Source of the DNA: a virus
Lineage: Duplodnaviria; Caudoviricetes
Virus record (IMG/VR): IMGVR_UViG_3300037483_000964
Coordinates: 1 to 61,392 of that record
DNA: 61,392 bases
Direction: 5' to 3' (one strand)
Shown: positions 25,889-36,103 of the stretch, piece by piece
Layout of the letters: each line of letters begins with the position of its first letter
How positions within the stretch are numbered: the stretch's first letter is position 1
Program-made: the position numbers and the translations under genes
Notes under the pieces: model-generated
The model's database searches: none
What the model was told of the DNA's origin: nothing
Seen by the model: the letters and a program-made list of their open reading frames with translations, nothing else

Positions 25889-26776
25889 ATGACGGAACCG
25901 GTTTCGTTCGGCGAGGCGTACCGTGAGGCGGGAGGGCGATTCGGTCATGAACCGATCGCTTTCCCGCTCACGCACGAGCGCATCCGCGACATGGCCCGGC
26001 TCCGCGAGCGCATACTCCGCCTGCAGTTCGAGGGCCACCAGTTCCCGCCGGAGGATGAGGTCCTGCTTTCCTCGCTTTCGCTCGACCACCCGAACCAGTG
26101 CTGGCTCCGCTACCTGCATCTCCGTGGCATGTGGCATGTCTGGGAGAAGGGCTACCAGCGTCGGGACGCCGACCACGACCTGAACGAGTACCTGCTGCTC
26201 CACCGTGAGCCGGTCCGGGTGCGGGTCGGCCCCCGCGTCGTGGAAGTGACCTCACGGTCCCGGGCCGCGATGATCATGCTCGCCCGCCATTCCATGCAGC
26301 GCCGGCTACTCACCTCCGACCTCGAACGGATCGAGGGGCTTCTGCTGCAGCGGATCACCCAGCGCCGCCGGCACTACCTGACGCAGATGATGGAGCGGGC
26401 TTCCCGGGAATGGGAGCACCAGTTCCGCGGGATCCTGGCGTGCCTGCTCACACCGGACGGACGCGCCGCGCTGCCCGAGGAAGCGCCCGACTGGTGGGAC
26501 GAAGTCACGGTCGAGGACGAGAAGCGGCTGCTCATTGCGGCGCTCGAGGCGGGCCCGGGCCGTTACCGGCGACTCGGGCCGCCACCGCAGCCGGCCGGTC
26601 CGAAAAAGCCGGAGGAGGAGTTCGGCCCGGAGCACCTGCTGGCGACGTGGGAGCCGAAGCTCAATCTCCCGCCCGCCGCGCTCTCGGATATCGACTACGC
26701 GCAGTTCGTGGCCTGGCTTCGTGCGGGCGCTGCTGCTGGCTCGGAGTCGGAGCGCCTCGATCGCGCGTTCGGGTAG
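25889..26776 (+). CDS. Hypothetical protein, possible tail assembly chaperone
   Basis: Position between tail tube and tape measure genes. Confidence 0.45.
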   Translation: MTEPVSFGEAYREAGGRFGHEPIAFPLTHERIRDMARLRERILRLQFEGHQFPPEDEVLLSSLSLDHPNQCWLRYLHLRGMWHVWEKGYQRRDADHDLNEYLLLHREPVRVRVGPRVVEVTSRSRAAMIMLARHSMQRRLLTSDLERIEGLLLQRITQRRRHYLTQMMERASREWEHQFRGILACLLTPDGRAALPEEAPDWWDEVTVEDEKRLLIAALEAGPGRYRRLGPPPQPAGPKKPEEEFGPEHLLATWEPKLNLPPAALSDIDYAQFVAWLRAGAAAGSESERLDRAFG

Positions 26777-26780
26777 CGCC

Positions 26781-27041
26781 ATGCGCACGGTCGAACGGGG
26801 GCGGTCGGTCAGGGTCAGCGAGGAACGGTTCGACGTTCATGCGCGCGCCATGGGACTCGAGCCCGACCGCTACCGTGCGCTTTCCATGATCGCCTTCGTC
26901 GGCTGGACGGATGGCGTCCCGTGGCGCTGGCTGCCGGCCCATGCGCAGCGTCGGCTCTTCCCCGTATTCGGCCGGTGGCAGCTCCGCCGCGAAATAGAGC
27001 GCGAGCTTCGCGAAAGGGCGGTGCGGCATGCCGAAGGATGA
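26781..27041 (+). CDS. Hypothetical protein
   Basis: Fills the operon gap on the coding strand. Confidence 0.45.
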   Translation: MRTVERGRSVRVSEERFDVHARAMGLEPDRYRALSMIAFVGWTDGVPWRWLPAHAQRRLFPVFGRWQLRREIERELRERAVRHAEG

Positions 27042-27441
27042 GGCGACCTTCGATCTCGACATCGCGGGAATCGAGCGACTTCTGGCGTCGCAGCTGGTCC
27101 CGATCGTGAGCGAGGGCGCGCGCATCCTCCGTGATGCGTGGAAGGGGAAGATCCAGCTGCAGGAGGAACCCTCCGACCCGGGCGAGCCGCCGGCCTCGCC
27201 CACCCGCAAGTACTACAACTCGGTCCAGTCGACCTCGGCCCGCGTCTACTCGGATGCCGTGGTTGCGTACGCCTTCTCGCCGGCGGAGTGGTCGGACGGC
27301 GACGCGCTCGCGCTCGCGCTCGATGAGGGCCGGGACCGGATCCGGCCGCGGCCGCACCTGGACGCCGCGATCGAGGCCGCGCGACGCGAGATCGATGCGC
27401 TGGTCGCGCGCACTGAAGCTACCCTGGGCGAGGGCTCCTGA
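27028..27441 (+). CDS. HK97 gp10-like neck/tail completion protein
   Basis: PSDPGEPPASPT and GRDRIRPRPHL motifs. Confidence 0.65.
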   Translation: MPKDEATFDLDIAGIERLLASQLVPIVSEGARILRDAWKGKIQLQEEPSDPGEPPASPTRKYYNSVQSTSARVYSDAVVAYAFSPAEWSDGDALALALDEGRDRIRPRPHLDAAIEAARREIDALVARTEATLGEGS

Positions 27442-30400
27442 TGGCACAGGGGAAGGGCTTCCGGATCCCGGTTCGCGCCGCGCTGGAGCAGTTCCAGCGC
27501 GACATGAAGGACATGAAGGAGATCGGCCGCCGCGCGGGGACCGAGACGGGCGACGCCATCCTGAAGGAGATGAAGGCGGAGTTCCAACGGCGCCAGGGCG
27601 CGCTTCGGGAAGCCGTCGCGAAGGGCGTCTTCGACAAGGAGGCCGCCAAGCGGATCAGCCGCGACTTCGCGAAGGAGTTCAATGTCGGGATCCTGGAAGC
27701 GCTGAAGCAGATGCGGAAGGCCGGCAAGGACACGACGGACGAGTTCAGCCGGCTGCAACGTTCGCTCCGGAACGTGTCCACCGAGGGCGGCCGTTCGGCC
27801 CGTGACTTCAACCGGAACTGGATCCAGCAGGTGCAGGGCATTCCGGGATGGGTGCGAGGCACCTTCGCCGGCGGGATGATCGCCGCGTTCACGTACGTCG
27901 CCGGCCAGGTGCTCCGCGTCTTCCAGCGCATGGCGCGCGGCATCCGGGACACGTTGGCGCTGGGCGGCCAGGTCCAGGAGCAGCGGGGCATTTTCGAGCA
28001 GCTCACCACGGGCCGGGGCATCGACCCGACCGCCGCGCTCGAGGCCGTGCGGCGCGGCACCCGCGGCATGATCTCCGACCTCGAGCTCTTCCAGCGCGTG
28101 AACTTCGCGCTGAACGCCGGTCTCCAGCTCAACACCCAGCAGATGCAGGACCTGGCCACCGTCTCCCGCCGGCTCGGCGAGGCGGTCGGCAAAGAGGCGG
28201 GCCCGGCATGGGAGACCTTCGTCGAGGCGCTCTCGAAGGGCCAGGAGCGGGGGCTCAAGCAGTTCGGGCTGATCACGGACCTCTCCAGCGCGATGGCCGC
28301 CTGGGAGAAGCAGACGGGAAGGAACCGGAAGGAGCTCTCCGACCTCGAGCAGAAACAGATCTTCGTCAACGCCGCGCTCGCCGAGGGGCTCGAGAAGGTC
28401 CGGGCGCTCGGAGCCGATGACCTCGACGCAGCCGACCGGCTGGACCAGATCGCCGCGGCGTGGGCGAACCTGAAGAATCAGGCCGCGGAAGCGATCGTCC
28501 AGGCGCCTGCGATCGCGCGTCTGCTCGATGGGATTGGCACGAACGCGGAACAATCGGCGGCGCGTATCCAAGACCTCGCCGACCGCCTGGGCGCCCTGGT
28601 GCAGCTCATCGCCGGCTCGCCCGTGCTCCGGGTGCTTTTCGGCATCACGAAGGTGGGGCTCAAGCTCGAAGGTCGTGCCCTGGGCTCCGTACTCGGCATC
28701 GATTCCGATGCGTTCGAGACGGAGCTCGCGCGGATCCGGGCGGCCCGCCAGCAGGGGGAGCAACTCGCGCAGACCCGGGCCGAGATCGTCAAGCTGGTCA
28801 CGGACCTCGAGGCCCTCGCCGCACGGGGCAACAAGGCCGCGCTCACGGCGCTTCAGCAGATCGCGGACTCCGAAAAGGAGGGTGCCGCTGCGGCCGCCGC
28901 CGCGCTCGGCCGCCTGTCGGACCGGAAGACCGGCGGGGCCGAGGATCCCGAGAAGGCAAAGCGGCTCGCCGAACAGCGAGCGCGGCTGCAGGAACGGCTC
29001 GCTACCGAGCTGGCGAAGCTCACGGCGTCTGCCGTCGATGAGGCCCTGCTCCAGGTCGAGAAGTTCGAGCGGGAGTGGATTGCCGCATTCGGCCGGATGG
29101 ACGACGCGACCGCCCGGGCTTTCGCCCGGATCCGCGACTCGATTGAGATGGAGGGCCGGGCGACCGAGATCCGGGAACAGATCGCGGCGTACGGCAAGGC
29201 GCACCTCGCGGCCTCGACGGACGTTCTACCGCTGCTCGCCGGACTCCGCCGTCTGATCGACGGGCTCGAGACCGAGCGCGGCGCGATGTCGGACACGAGC
29301 AAGCAGTACGCGACCTGGACTGGCCTCATCGAGGACGCCGAGAAGGCGATGGTCGGACTCGCGGGCACCACGGAGAAGCTGGGCAAGGCGGAATCCGACC
29401 TGACGACAGATGAGAAGGATTCCGACGACGAGCGGATCCGGCGGCTCCGGGACAGCGCGCGCACGATCGGGGAGAATATCCACGCCGTGCTGGGGCTCGC
29501 GGAAGCGTTCGGCGCGCTGGACTCCGAGGCGGCCGCATCGCTCGCGACCATCGCGGACCTGGGCCTCGCGATCGGCCGGCTCGCCGGTGGTGACCCATCC
29601 GCACTGCCAGCCGTCATCGCCGGCGCTGGTCAGGTGCTCGTCGGTATGCTCGGCGAAAGTGCCGCGGATCGGGAGCGGAAAGAAGCGCTCCGCCGAAACA
29701 CGCAGGCGCTCGACCGACTTCGGAAGGCGTACGAGGAAGTGGCCCTTACCGGCGCGAATCTGTCGAACATCAGAGCGGCGCTCTGGGAGGGACGGGAGGC
29801 GTTCAAGTTTCGGAGCACTGACAAGGCGGTGCAGCGGGACCTGAAAGCGGGCCTCCAGAGGATCCTGGCGGACTATGGCTTGACGCTCGCCGACCTCGAT
29901 GCGCTCGCGGAGGAACTCGGCATCACGATCCGGGACAAGGAGGGCCGGCTGTTGGGCGAGGGCCTCCAGGCGCTCTACGAGGCCGCCGGCATCGCGGCCG
30001 AGAATCTGCTCAAGTTCGCCAACACCGCGGAGGGCATCCGCCAGAAGCGGGACTTCGAGGGCCGGGTCTTCGACATCGAGGACACGCCCGCGCGGCGCGC
30101 GCAGATCGAGTTGGACATCCTCGCCGAGAAGGCGCCGGAGCTGTTCAAGAAGTATTTCGGCGGGCTGGACCCGAACACGGAGGCCGGCCGGCGGCAGATC
30201 GAGATCCAGAGCCGGGCGCTCGCCCGGGCCATCATGGCCGGGGACATCGACCCCGCGCTGCTCGGCGGGCTCACGGGCGACGACCTGAAGGAGTTCGTGC
30301 TGAACCTCGACGAGGCGCTCGATGCCTTCGCCGCCGCGGCCGGGACTGGCGAATCGGTGACGTCCGGCTTCGACGTTTCACGAACCATCACGGAGGTCAC

Positions 30401-30737
30401 CGGCAGCCGGATCTTCGGCGTGCTCACCACGATCGCGTACGACGTCCACCATATCGCGACGCGCTACGGCGTGGACCAGATGGTACCCATCTCGGCCGGG
30501 GCCGCAGCGCCGGCGATCGCCGCCGGCGCCGGGACCGTGATCAACCTGGGCGGGATCGACGTCGTGATCAACGGCGCGTCGCTGCCGGCCGTGACGGATC
30601 CCGCGTCGGGCAGGCGCACGGGCGCCGCGATCGGGCAGGGCATCTTCGACGGCTTCCAGGACGCGGTCGACCGCTCTGCCGGCGAGCGGACGCTGGCCTA
30701 CCGGCGGGCCCGCGGGAAGCAGGCGGTGATCCAATGA
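27441..30737 (+). CDS. Tail tape measure protein
   Basis: 1098 aa, Ala/Leu-rich, helical; canonical position. Confidence 0.85.
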   Translation: MAQGKGFRIPVRAALEQFQRDMKDMKEIGRRAGTETGDAILKEMKAEFQRRQGALREAVAKGVFDKEAAKRISRDFAKEFNVGILEALKQMRKAGKDTTDEFSRLQRSLRNVSTEGGRSARDFNRNWIQQVQGIPGWVRGTFAGGMIAAFTYVAGQVLRVFQRMARGIRDTLALGGQVQEQRGIFEQLTTGRGIDPTAALEAVRRGTRGMISDLELFQRVNFALNAGLQLNTQQMQDLATVSRRLGEAVGKEAGPAWETFVEALSKGQERGLKQFGLITDLSSAMAAWEKQTGRNRKELSDLEQKQIFVNAALAEGLEKVRALGADDLDAADRLDQIAAAWANLKNQAAEAIVQAPAIARLLDGIGTNAEQSAARIQDLADRLGALVQLIAGSPVLRVLFGITKVGLKLEGRALGSVLGIDSDAFETELARIRAARQQGEQLAQTRAEIVKLVTDLEALAARGNKAALTALQQIADSEKEGAAAAAAALGRLSDRKTGGAEDPEKAKRLAEQRARLQERLATELAKLTASAVDEALLQVEKFEREWIAAFGRMDDATARAFARIRDSIEMEGRATEIREQIAAYGKAHLAASTDVLPLLAGLRRLIDGLETERGAMSDTSKQYATWTGLIEDAEKAMVGLAGTTEKLGKAESDLTTDEKDSDDERIRRLRDSARTIGENIHAVLGLAEAFGALDSEAAASLATIADLGLAIGRLAGGDPSALPAVIAGAGQVLVGMLGESAADRERKEALRRNTQALDRLRKAYEEVALTGANLSNIRAALWEGREAFKFRSTDKAVQRDLKAGLQRILADYGLTLADLDALAEELGITIRDKEGRLLGEGLQALYEAAGIAAENLLKFANTAEGIRQKRDFEGRVFDIEDTPARRAQIELDILAEKAPELFKKYFGGLDPNTEAGRRQIEIQSRALARAIMAGDIDPALLGGLTGDDLKEFVLNLDEALDAFAAAAGTGESVTSGFDVSRTITEVTGSRIFGVLTTIAYDVHHIATRYGVDQMVPISAGAAAPAIAAGAGTVINLGGIDVVINGASLPAVTDPASGRRTGAAIGQGIFDGFQDAVDRSAGERTLAYRRARGKQAVIQ

Positions 30738-31525
30738 GCTGGGTCGTCGACGGCGTGGACATGGAGGCGACAGTCGGTCTGGTCCTGACCCGGATCCCGG
30801 ACCTGTACGACGCCGCGGCTGCCGATTACCCCGTCGCGCACGTCCCGGGCCGGACGGGTGCGGTCCATCTTAGCAAGCTCGGCGGCGGCCAGCACCGGGA
30901 GCGCCGGATCAACCTGTACGGCGCAATCGCTATCGCGAAGTCGGCCGCGACGCCCCACATGGATGTGATCAACGCGCTCCATACGCTGAAGCGCCGCATC
31001 CTCCGGCGGCAAGTCGAGATGTACTCGACGTCCGATCCGTCGATCGCCTGGGACGTGATCGTCGAAGTGCCGCGCGTCCCGTTCATCGAGCCGCACGAGA
31101 CGCAGCGGATGACGGAAGTGCAGTGGACCTTCCTGCTGGTGGACCCGGCTGCGCACGACGCCGTTGCCACGGTCGTGGACTTCACGTCCGGGCCGACGTC
31201 CTGCCCGTTGGGTTCGTTGCCGTCCGCGCCGCAGTTGGACTTTACGGGCCCGTTCAGCAACCCGGTCATCAACTACCTGGACGTCTCTTCGGGGCTGATC
31301 CACTCGCTCGAATGCACGGTTACGGGCGGCGCTGGCGATCTCCTCACCATCGAGTGCGAGGCCGGCCGCATCTCGCTGAACGGCGTCGTCGACAACGACA
31401 TCCTGACGGGCGGCGACTTCATTTACCTGGACCCGGTCGATACCGCCGTCGGCACGCACCCGCAGCTCTCGCTGACCGGCAGCGCCGCGAGCGCGCTCGC
31501 GACCTACCGGCGGAAGTGGGGCTGA
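30734..31525 (+). CDS. Distal tail protein (Dit-like)
   Basis: VPGRTGAV, ERRINL, FLLVDP; follows the tape measure gene. Confidence 0.7.
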   Translation: MSWVVDGVDMEATVGLVLTRIPDLYDAAAADYPVAHVPGRTGAVHLSKLGGGQHRERRINLYGAIAIAKSAATPHMDVINALHTLKRRILRRQVEMYSTSDPSIAWDVIVEVPRVPFIEPHETQRMTEVQWTFLLVDPAAHDAVATVVDFTSGPTSCPLGSLPSAPQLDFTGPFSNPVINYLDVSSGLIHSLECTVTGGAGDLLTIECEAGRISLNGVVDNDILTGGDFIYLDPVDTAVGTHPQLSLTGSAASALATYRRKWG

Positions 31526-31528
31526 GGT

Positions 31529-34500
31529 ATGGCCTGGACGCCCGCCGACCTGGGCCTCGACCACGACTGGTGGGCGGATGACCCCGACCTCGCCGGTGTT
31601 TCCGATGGTGGAACGTTCGCGACGGTGCCGGACCGTGGCAGCGGCGGCGATGACCTGACGGGCGCGGCGGGTGCCTGCCAGATGGGCCGGAACGCCATCA
31701 ACGGGCAATCCGTCTTCATCCCGAAGTTCGGCGCCGGCGTCGCCGCGCAGTTCGCCGCTTCGATCGCGCAGCCGCATGACGTCTTCATCGTCGGCCGGAC
31801 CGTTTCTTTCTCGTACATCGGTCCGCTGGACATCCTCCAGGACCCGGCCGCGGGGACGGGCCACCGCATCGGCTGGGTGGACGATGGTGGCGGTGGCCAC
31901 ATCGGCCGCTGGCGGGCAAACTGCGGGACGCTGAGTGAGGCGCCGCAGGACGGGCGGCTGATCGAGGAGTTGCCGCTCGTCATCCACATGCGCGTGAACG
32001 GCGCGAGCAGCGAGGTCCGGGTCAACGGCGCCTACTACTGGACCGGAGACTTCGGGTCTGGCGACTGCGATGGGCTCACGCTCTTCACCGACAAGTTCCA
32101 GTACGCCCGCATCCTGTCGCGGTCCACGCTGCTCTCGGCCACCGAGCTTGCGCAGCTGCTCGGCTACCTCAACACCGTCTACGACAAACCGGACTGGGCC
32201 ACAATCGCCCGGAGCTACGCGCTCGTTGTGCCTGCCACTCCCATCGCCGATGGCGACCCGGAGTCCTTCCTGCGCTTCGCCCTCGAGGAGCGGGGCCATT
32301 CCGTGGCGTATGTCGCGTCGGCCGACGTCGCGACCGAGGACTTCACCCCCTACGACGCGATCCTCTACGCGGGCGCGTATGCCGACCGGGCCGCGAACGG
32401 ACCCGTGCTCCTGGCCCGCCGGAACGCCGGCCAGCACATCTGGGCGTCGCTCCGGGAGTCGGGCATGGGCGCGACGGCAGCCGACACGATTGCCGTCCAG
32501 CTCGGGCTCGTCAGCATCGCCAGGCTCGGCGGATCCTTCGCCTGGGGCAACCTGACGACCGTCACGGCGCACGACATCACCGACTTCCTCGGCGCCCCGC
32601 CGGTGACGTTCTCCTCGAAGATCGATGCCGGCGCCTACGGCTATATCGATGCCGGCGACAGTGCCGCGGGCACTCTGCTGGCCACGCTCAGCGGTCGGGA
32701 GGTTCTCTACGCCGCGGCGGCCGGCGAGGTCGACCTGAGCAGCGTGACCCTGGCCGCAAACCTGGTTGCCTCGGGCATCGACTACACGGATGGCCAGTAC
32801 TTCTGGACGGACGATGGCCGCCAACTATTTATCAATGAAGTCGAGTGGCTCGGCGGCTCGCTGATCGCTGCGCCCGGATTCAGCGTCGGGGCGGTCACCG
32901 ATGAGGGTGCCACCTTGTTCGTCGTCCCCGACACGGCGTACGGTCAGATCCAGTTCCAGGTGACCGATGCCGCCGATCCGTCGTTCGCCGCGCCGCTGCT
33001 CGATGTGACGGACAGCTCTGCGGCCCGGTTCGGGTACATCTGGACGGGTGGAACTCCGAGCACTCAGTACATCGCCCGGGCCCGGGGCTACACCACGGGC
33101 TGGTCGGAATGGGCGACGACAATCGCCTTCACGACGCTCGCGTTGGATGACACAATCTACTACCGCGGCCCCGGCGCATTCTTCACCGCCCCCATCAACG
33201 GCGCGGCTGTTACGCTGCCCGTGTTGTTGCAATGGAAGAGTGGGCTAACCGGCAACGCAACGCTCCGATATTCGACGGATCTCGGCGCAAACTGGAATCT
33301 GCTGCAGGCTGTCGTCCCGCCGTCGCAGACGTCCTATCTGTTCACCACGGCCGTCGCGGTCGGTACCATCGTCGTCTGGTGGCTCCATTCCCCCGATGAC
33401 GGGCTCGACGCCTACGTCGAGGCCACCATCACAGATGGTTCGTCGATCATCCACTTCCGTGGGGATGTCTGCAGCGCGCAACACGACGAGTACTGGGCGA
33501 CTGGCAATCCGTGGTATTGCGCCACGTTCTGCCGGGGCAGGGGTGGTCGGAGTACCGATGCGCTCGAAACCTTTGATATCGGCGTGCTCGCGCCGCAGGC
33601 GCTGCCCGATGCCATTGAGGCCTGGGGGACGGTCACGTTCCGTCTGGCGAGCCTGAACTTCATGGGTCAGGCGCCATTCTGGGCGACTCATGCCGGCCTC
33701 GAAGGATGGCGGGTAGGAGTTGCGTTCAATGTGGATGGGTCCGATGGATCGGGTGATAGCCGGGGCGTTTGGGTCGGTCTGGACTCGTTTTCGTTCCTGC
33801 CGAGTGTTCACTACACCTGCGATGGAGATCTTCCCATCATTGGCTACCTGCCAGCCGGTTACAGCATCGCCGACTTCAATGGGTCCTCGACGCTCTCTCG
33901 GCTGAACATAGCTTTCAAGGGCGTCAATGCGAGTTTCGTGTCGGGCGTTTACTCGGCAGTCCACCCACATATCTACGGCCGCATTATTGATGAGAGAAGT
34001 TTTCGCAGATTTCCTTGCCCATGTTATCAGCCACGCGCTGGCGAACTCATCTCCGTTACGGCGAAAATGAGTCGGCCCGATCCGATTGGCCAACCGGACC
34101 GGGTCCGGATTCAGGCAAAATTTGGCATCGGCGCCGTTTTCGCTAATCCGGTTATTCCACTGCCTGCACCTTATCCGGCGCCTTATAACGGTTGGGACCT
34201 TGATGCAATTTACGACGCCCCCGGTCTCGGCTGTGGCCGGGTCGGATTTGGCGTCGGCAAGAACTTCTTCCCCTTTTTTGGTGTGTATGGTGCAGCTGAG
34301 ATCTTCAGCTTCGAGGCATTCGTCTCCGCGGCCGGCAGCGCGTGCGCGGGCCCGGGCGCGCCACTGACGCCCACCGTCCCGTTGAACGTCACCATCGTCT
34401 GCGATGAGCCCACTCTCGAAGCCCTGACCGCAGATCCGGACCATGCATCGACACGCTGGGAGGTCACGTCCGCCAGCGACCCCTACTACACCGCCCCCGT

Positions 34501-35632
34501 CGTCGATACCGGGTTCCTCACGACCGCGAAGGACACCTACGCCGTGGGGCCGCTGCCGCCCGGTGACTACATCTGGCGGGCCACGTTCCGGGACGTTTTC
34601 GGCGTGGACGATGGCCCGTATGATGGCCCCGCGTTCACGATCGACCCGAACCTGCCGCCGGGCCCGCCGACCATCGTCTCGCCTGTCGATGGTGCCGTCG
34701 TCTCGGGAGCCTCATTCGTCCTCCGCTTCACGGCCGCGACCGACCCCGAGAGCGATCCGCTCGAGTACGAGGCCGACATCTCCTACGATGGCGGGGACAC
34801 CTGGTTGCCGCTCTTCGCGCTCGGTACCATCGACCCGGACACCAACTACACGGTTTCGCTGGCCGGCATCGGTGCCAGCCGCTCGGCGGCCGTCCGGGTG
34901 CGCGCATGGGACGGGTGCCTTTACGGGCCCTATGCCACCGTCTGCATCACCGTGTCCGGCGTCGGCTGTCCCGCCGAGATCATCAATATCACGACCGTCC
35001 GCCGGGTGGAGCTCTGGTCCGATTGCCTAGGTGCGGGCGGGCAGCGGATCCTGTTCATCCCCGACTGGATCTCGGTTCAGGATCACCGGGACAACACGGG
35101 CGAGCTCACGGTCGAGGTCCTGCTGCCGCGCGTGAGTCGGCTGAACGCGCTGGTCGGCGTCTGGCCGGAGCTCCGCCCGCGCCGGGTGCTGCGGCTCATC
35201 TACCAGGACTTCACCTGGGAGGAGTTCCGGATCGCGCGCCAGACGGATGCCGCCGCGGAGGATGGGGGCGAGAGCGTCCGGCTGCTCTGCGAGACGATCT
35301 GCTACGACCTGAACGACCGCATCATCCGCATCACCGAGCGGAGCGGCCGCGTCCGGCTGGATGATGGCTCCTACGGGCTCTGGCCGTCCGAGCAGCTGGC
35401 GAAGGTGCTCCAGTGGGCGCCCGCCTACTTCGCCATCGGCACGGTCACGGACAACGTCCGGATCGACCTGGACTTCAATTGGTCGACCGTGCAGGAGGCG
35501 GTCCTCAAGATCGCGGATGCGGCGGAGCTCAAGTACCGCTGCCGGCGGGCGTGCGACGGACTGTACATCATCGACCTGACGGAGCCGGGCGCGGCGGTGA
35601 GCTCGTCGGTCGTCTCATCGATCGTTTCATAA
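31529..35632 (+). CDS. Large multidomain tail protein (Ig/FN3-like domains) with a Tal-like N-terminal half at its C-terminus
   Basis: TPSTQYIARARG, YIWRATFRD, ATDPESDPLEY..VRVRAWDG FN3/Ig motifs; last ~220 aa resemble a prophage-tail hub. Confidence 0.7.
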   Translation: MAWTPADLGLDHDWWADDPDLAGVSDGGTFATVPDRGSGGDDLTGAAGACQMGRNAINGQSVFIPKFGAGVAAQFAASIAQPHDVFIVGRTVSFSYIGPLDILQDPAAGTGHRIGWVDDGGGGHIGRWRANCGTLSEAPQDGRLIEELPLVIHMRVNGASSEVRVNGAYYWTGDFGSGDCDGLTLFTDKFQYARILSRSTLLSATELAQLLGYLNTVYDKPDWATIARSYALVVPATPIADGDPESFLRFALEERGHSVAYVASADVATEDFTPYDAILYAGAYADRAANGPVLLARRNAGQHIWASLRESGMGATAADTIAVQLGLVSIARLGGSFAWGNLTTVTAHDITDFLGAPPVTFSSKIDAGAYGYIDAGDSAAGTLLATLSGREVLYAAAAGEVDLSSVTLAANLVASGIDYTDGQYFWTDDGRQLFINEVEWLGGSLIAAPGFSVGAVTDEGATLFVVPDTAYGQIQFQVTDAADPSFAAPLLDVTDSSAARFGYIWTGGTPSTQYIARARGYTTGWSEWATTIAFTTLALDDTIYYRGPGAFFTAPINGAAVTLPVLLQWKSGLTGNATLRYSTDLGANWNLLQAVVPPSQTSYLFTTAVAVGTIVVWWLHSPDDGLDAYVEATITDGSSIIHFRGDVCSAQHDEYWATGNPWYCATFCRGRGGRSTDALETFDIGVLAPQALPDAIEAWGTVTFRLASLNFMGQAPFWATHAGLEGWRVGVAFNVDGSDGSGDSRGVWVGLDSFSFLPSVHYTCDGDLPIIGYLPAGYSIADFNGSSTLSRLNIAFKGVNASFVSGVYSAVHPHIYGRIIDERSFRRFPCPCYQPRAGELISVTAKMSRPDPIGQPDRVRIQAKFGIGAVFANPVIPLPAPYPAPYNGWDLDAIYDAPGLGCGRVGFGVGKNFFPFFGVYGAAEIFSFEAFVSAAGSACAGPGAPLTPTVPLNVTIVCDEPTLEALTADPDHASTRWEVTSASDPYYTAPVVDTGFLTTAKDTYAVGPLPPGDYIWRATFRDVFGVDDGPYDGPAFTIDPNLPPGPPTIVSPVDGAVVSGASFVLRFTAATDPESDPLEYEADISYDGGDTWLPLFALGTIDPDTNYTVSLAGIGASRSAAVRVRAWDGCLYGPYATVCITVSGVGCPAEIINITTVRRVELWSDCLGAGGQRILFIPDWISVQDHRDNTGELTVEVLLPRVSRLNALVGVWPELRPRRVLRLIYQDFTWEEFRIARQTDAAAEDGGESVRLLCETICYDLNDRIIRITERSGRVRLDDGSYGLWPSEQLAKVLQWAPAYFAIGTVTDNVRIDLDFNWSTVQEAVLKIADAAELKYRCRRACDGLYIIDLTEPGAAVSSSVVSSIVS

Positions 35633-35654
35633 CCTACAGCGAGCGAGGTGCATC

Positions 35655-36086
35655 ATGGCGGTTCGGATCAGCACGGGACTTCGGAATCACATTCTGGGGA
35701 CCGACGACGTCGCGGCCGCGTTTGCGGGCGGGATCCTGAAAATCTTCTCCGGCGCGCAGCCCACAGCGGCGGACGATGCGGAGCAGGGGACGCTGATTGC
35801 CGAGATGGACCCGCTCCCGAGCCCGGCCTTCGCGGCGCCGGCCGCGGGCTCGATGGCGAAGACGGGAACCTGGGAAGACGCGGCGGCCAATGCGGCCGGC
35901 GACATGGGTTGGGGCCGGATCATGGAGCAGGGCGATGCTGGCGGTAGCTCGGCCACGCAGAAGCGCATCGACTTCTCCGTGACGGTAACGGCCGGCGGTG
36001 GCAACGTCACCTTCCCGAGCGTGACCGTCGGGGCCGGCGATCCGGTGTCGATCAGCACGCTCACCGTGACTATGCCCGCAAGCTGA
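35655..36086 (+). CDS. Virion structural protein
   Basis: LKIFSGAQPTAADDA..WGRI motif typical of phage tail-region proteins; RBS GAGGTG. Confidence 0.7.
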   Translation: MAVRISTGLRNHILGTDDVAAAFAGGILKIFSGAQPTAADDAEQGTLIAEMDPLPSPAFAAPAAGSMAKTGTWEDAAANAAGDMGWGRIMEQGDAGGSSATQKRIDFSVTVTAGGGNVTFPSVTVGAGDPVSISTLTVTMPAS

Positions 36087-36103
36087 GCACGTAGGGCGTA
36101 TCC

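Noticed and set aside
25889-27041. Tail chaperone programmed frameshift
   Set aside because: No convincing slippery heptamer seen near the end of the 25889 ORF
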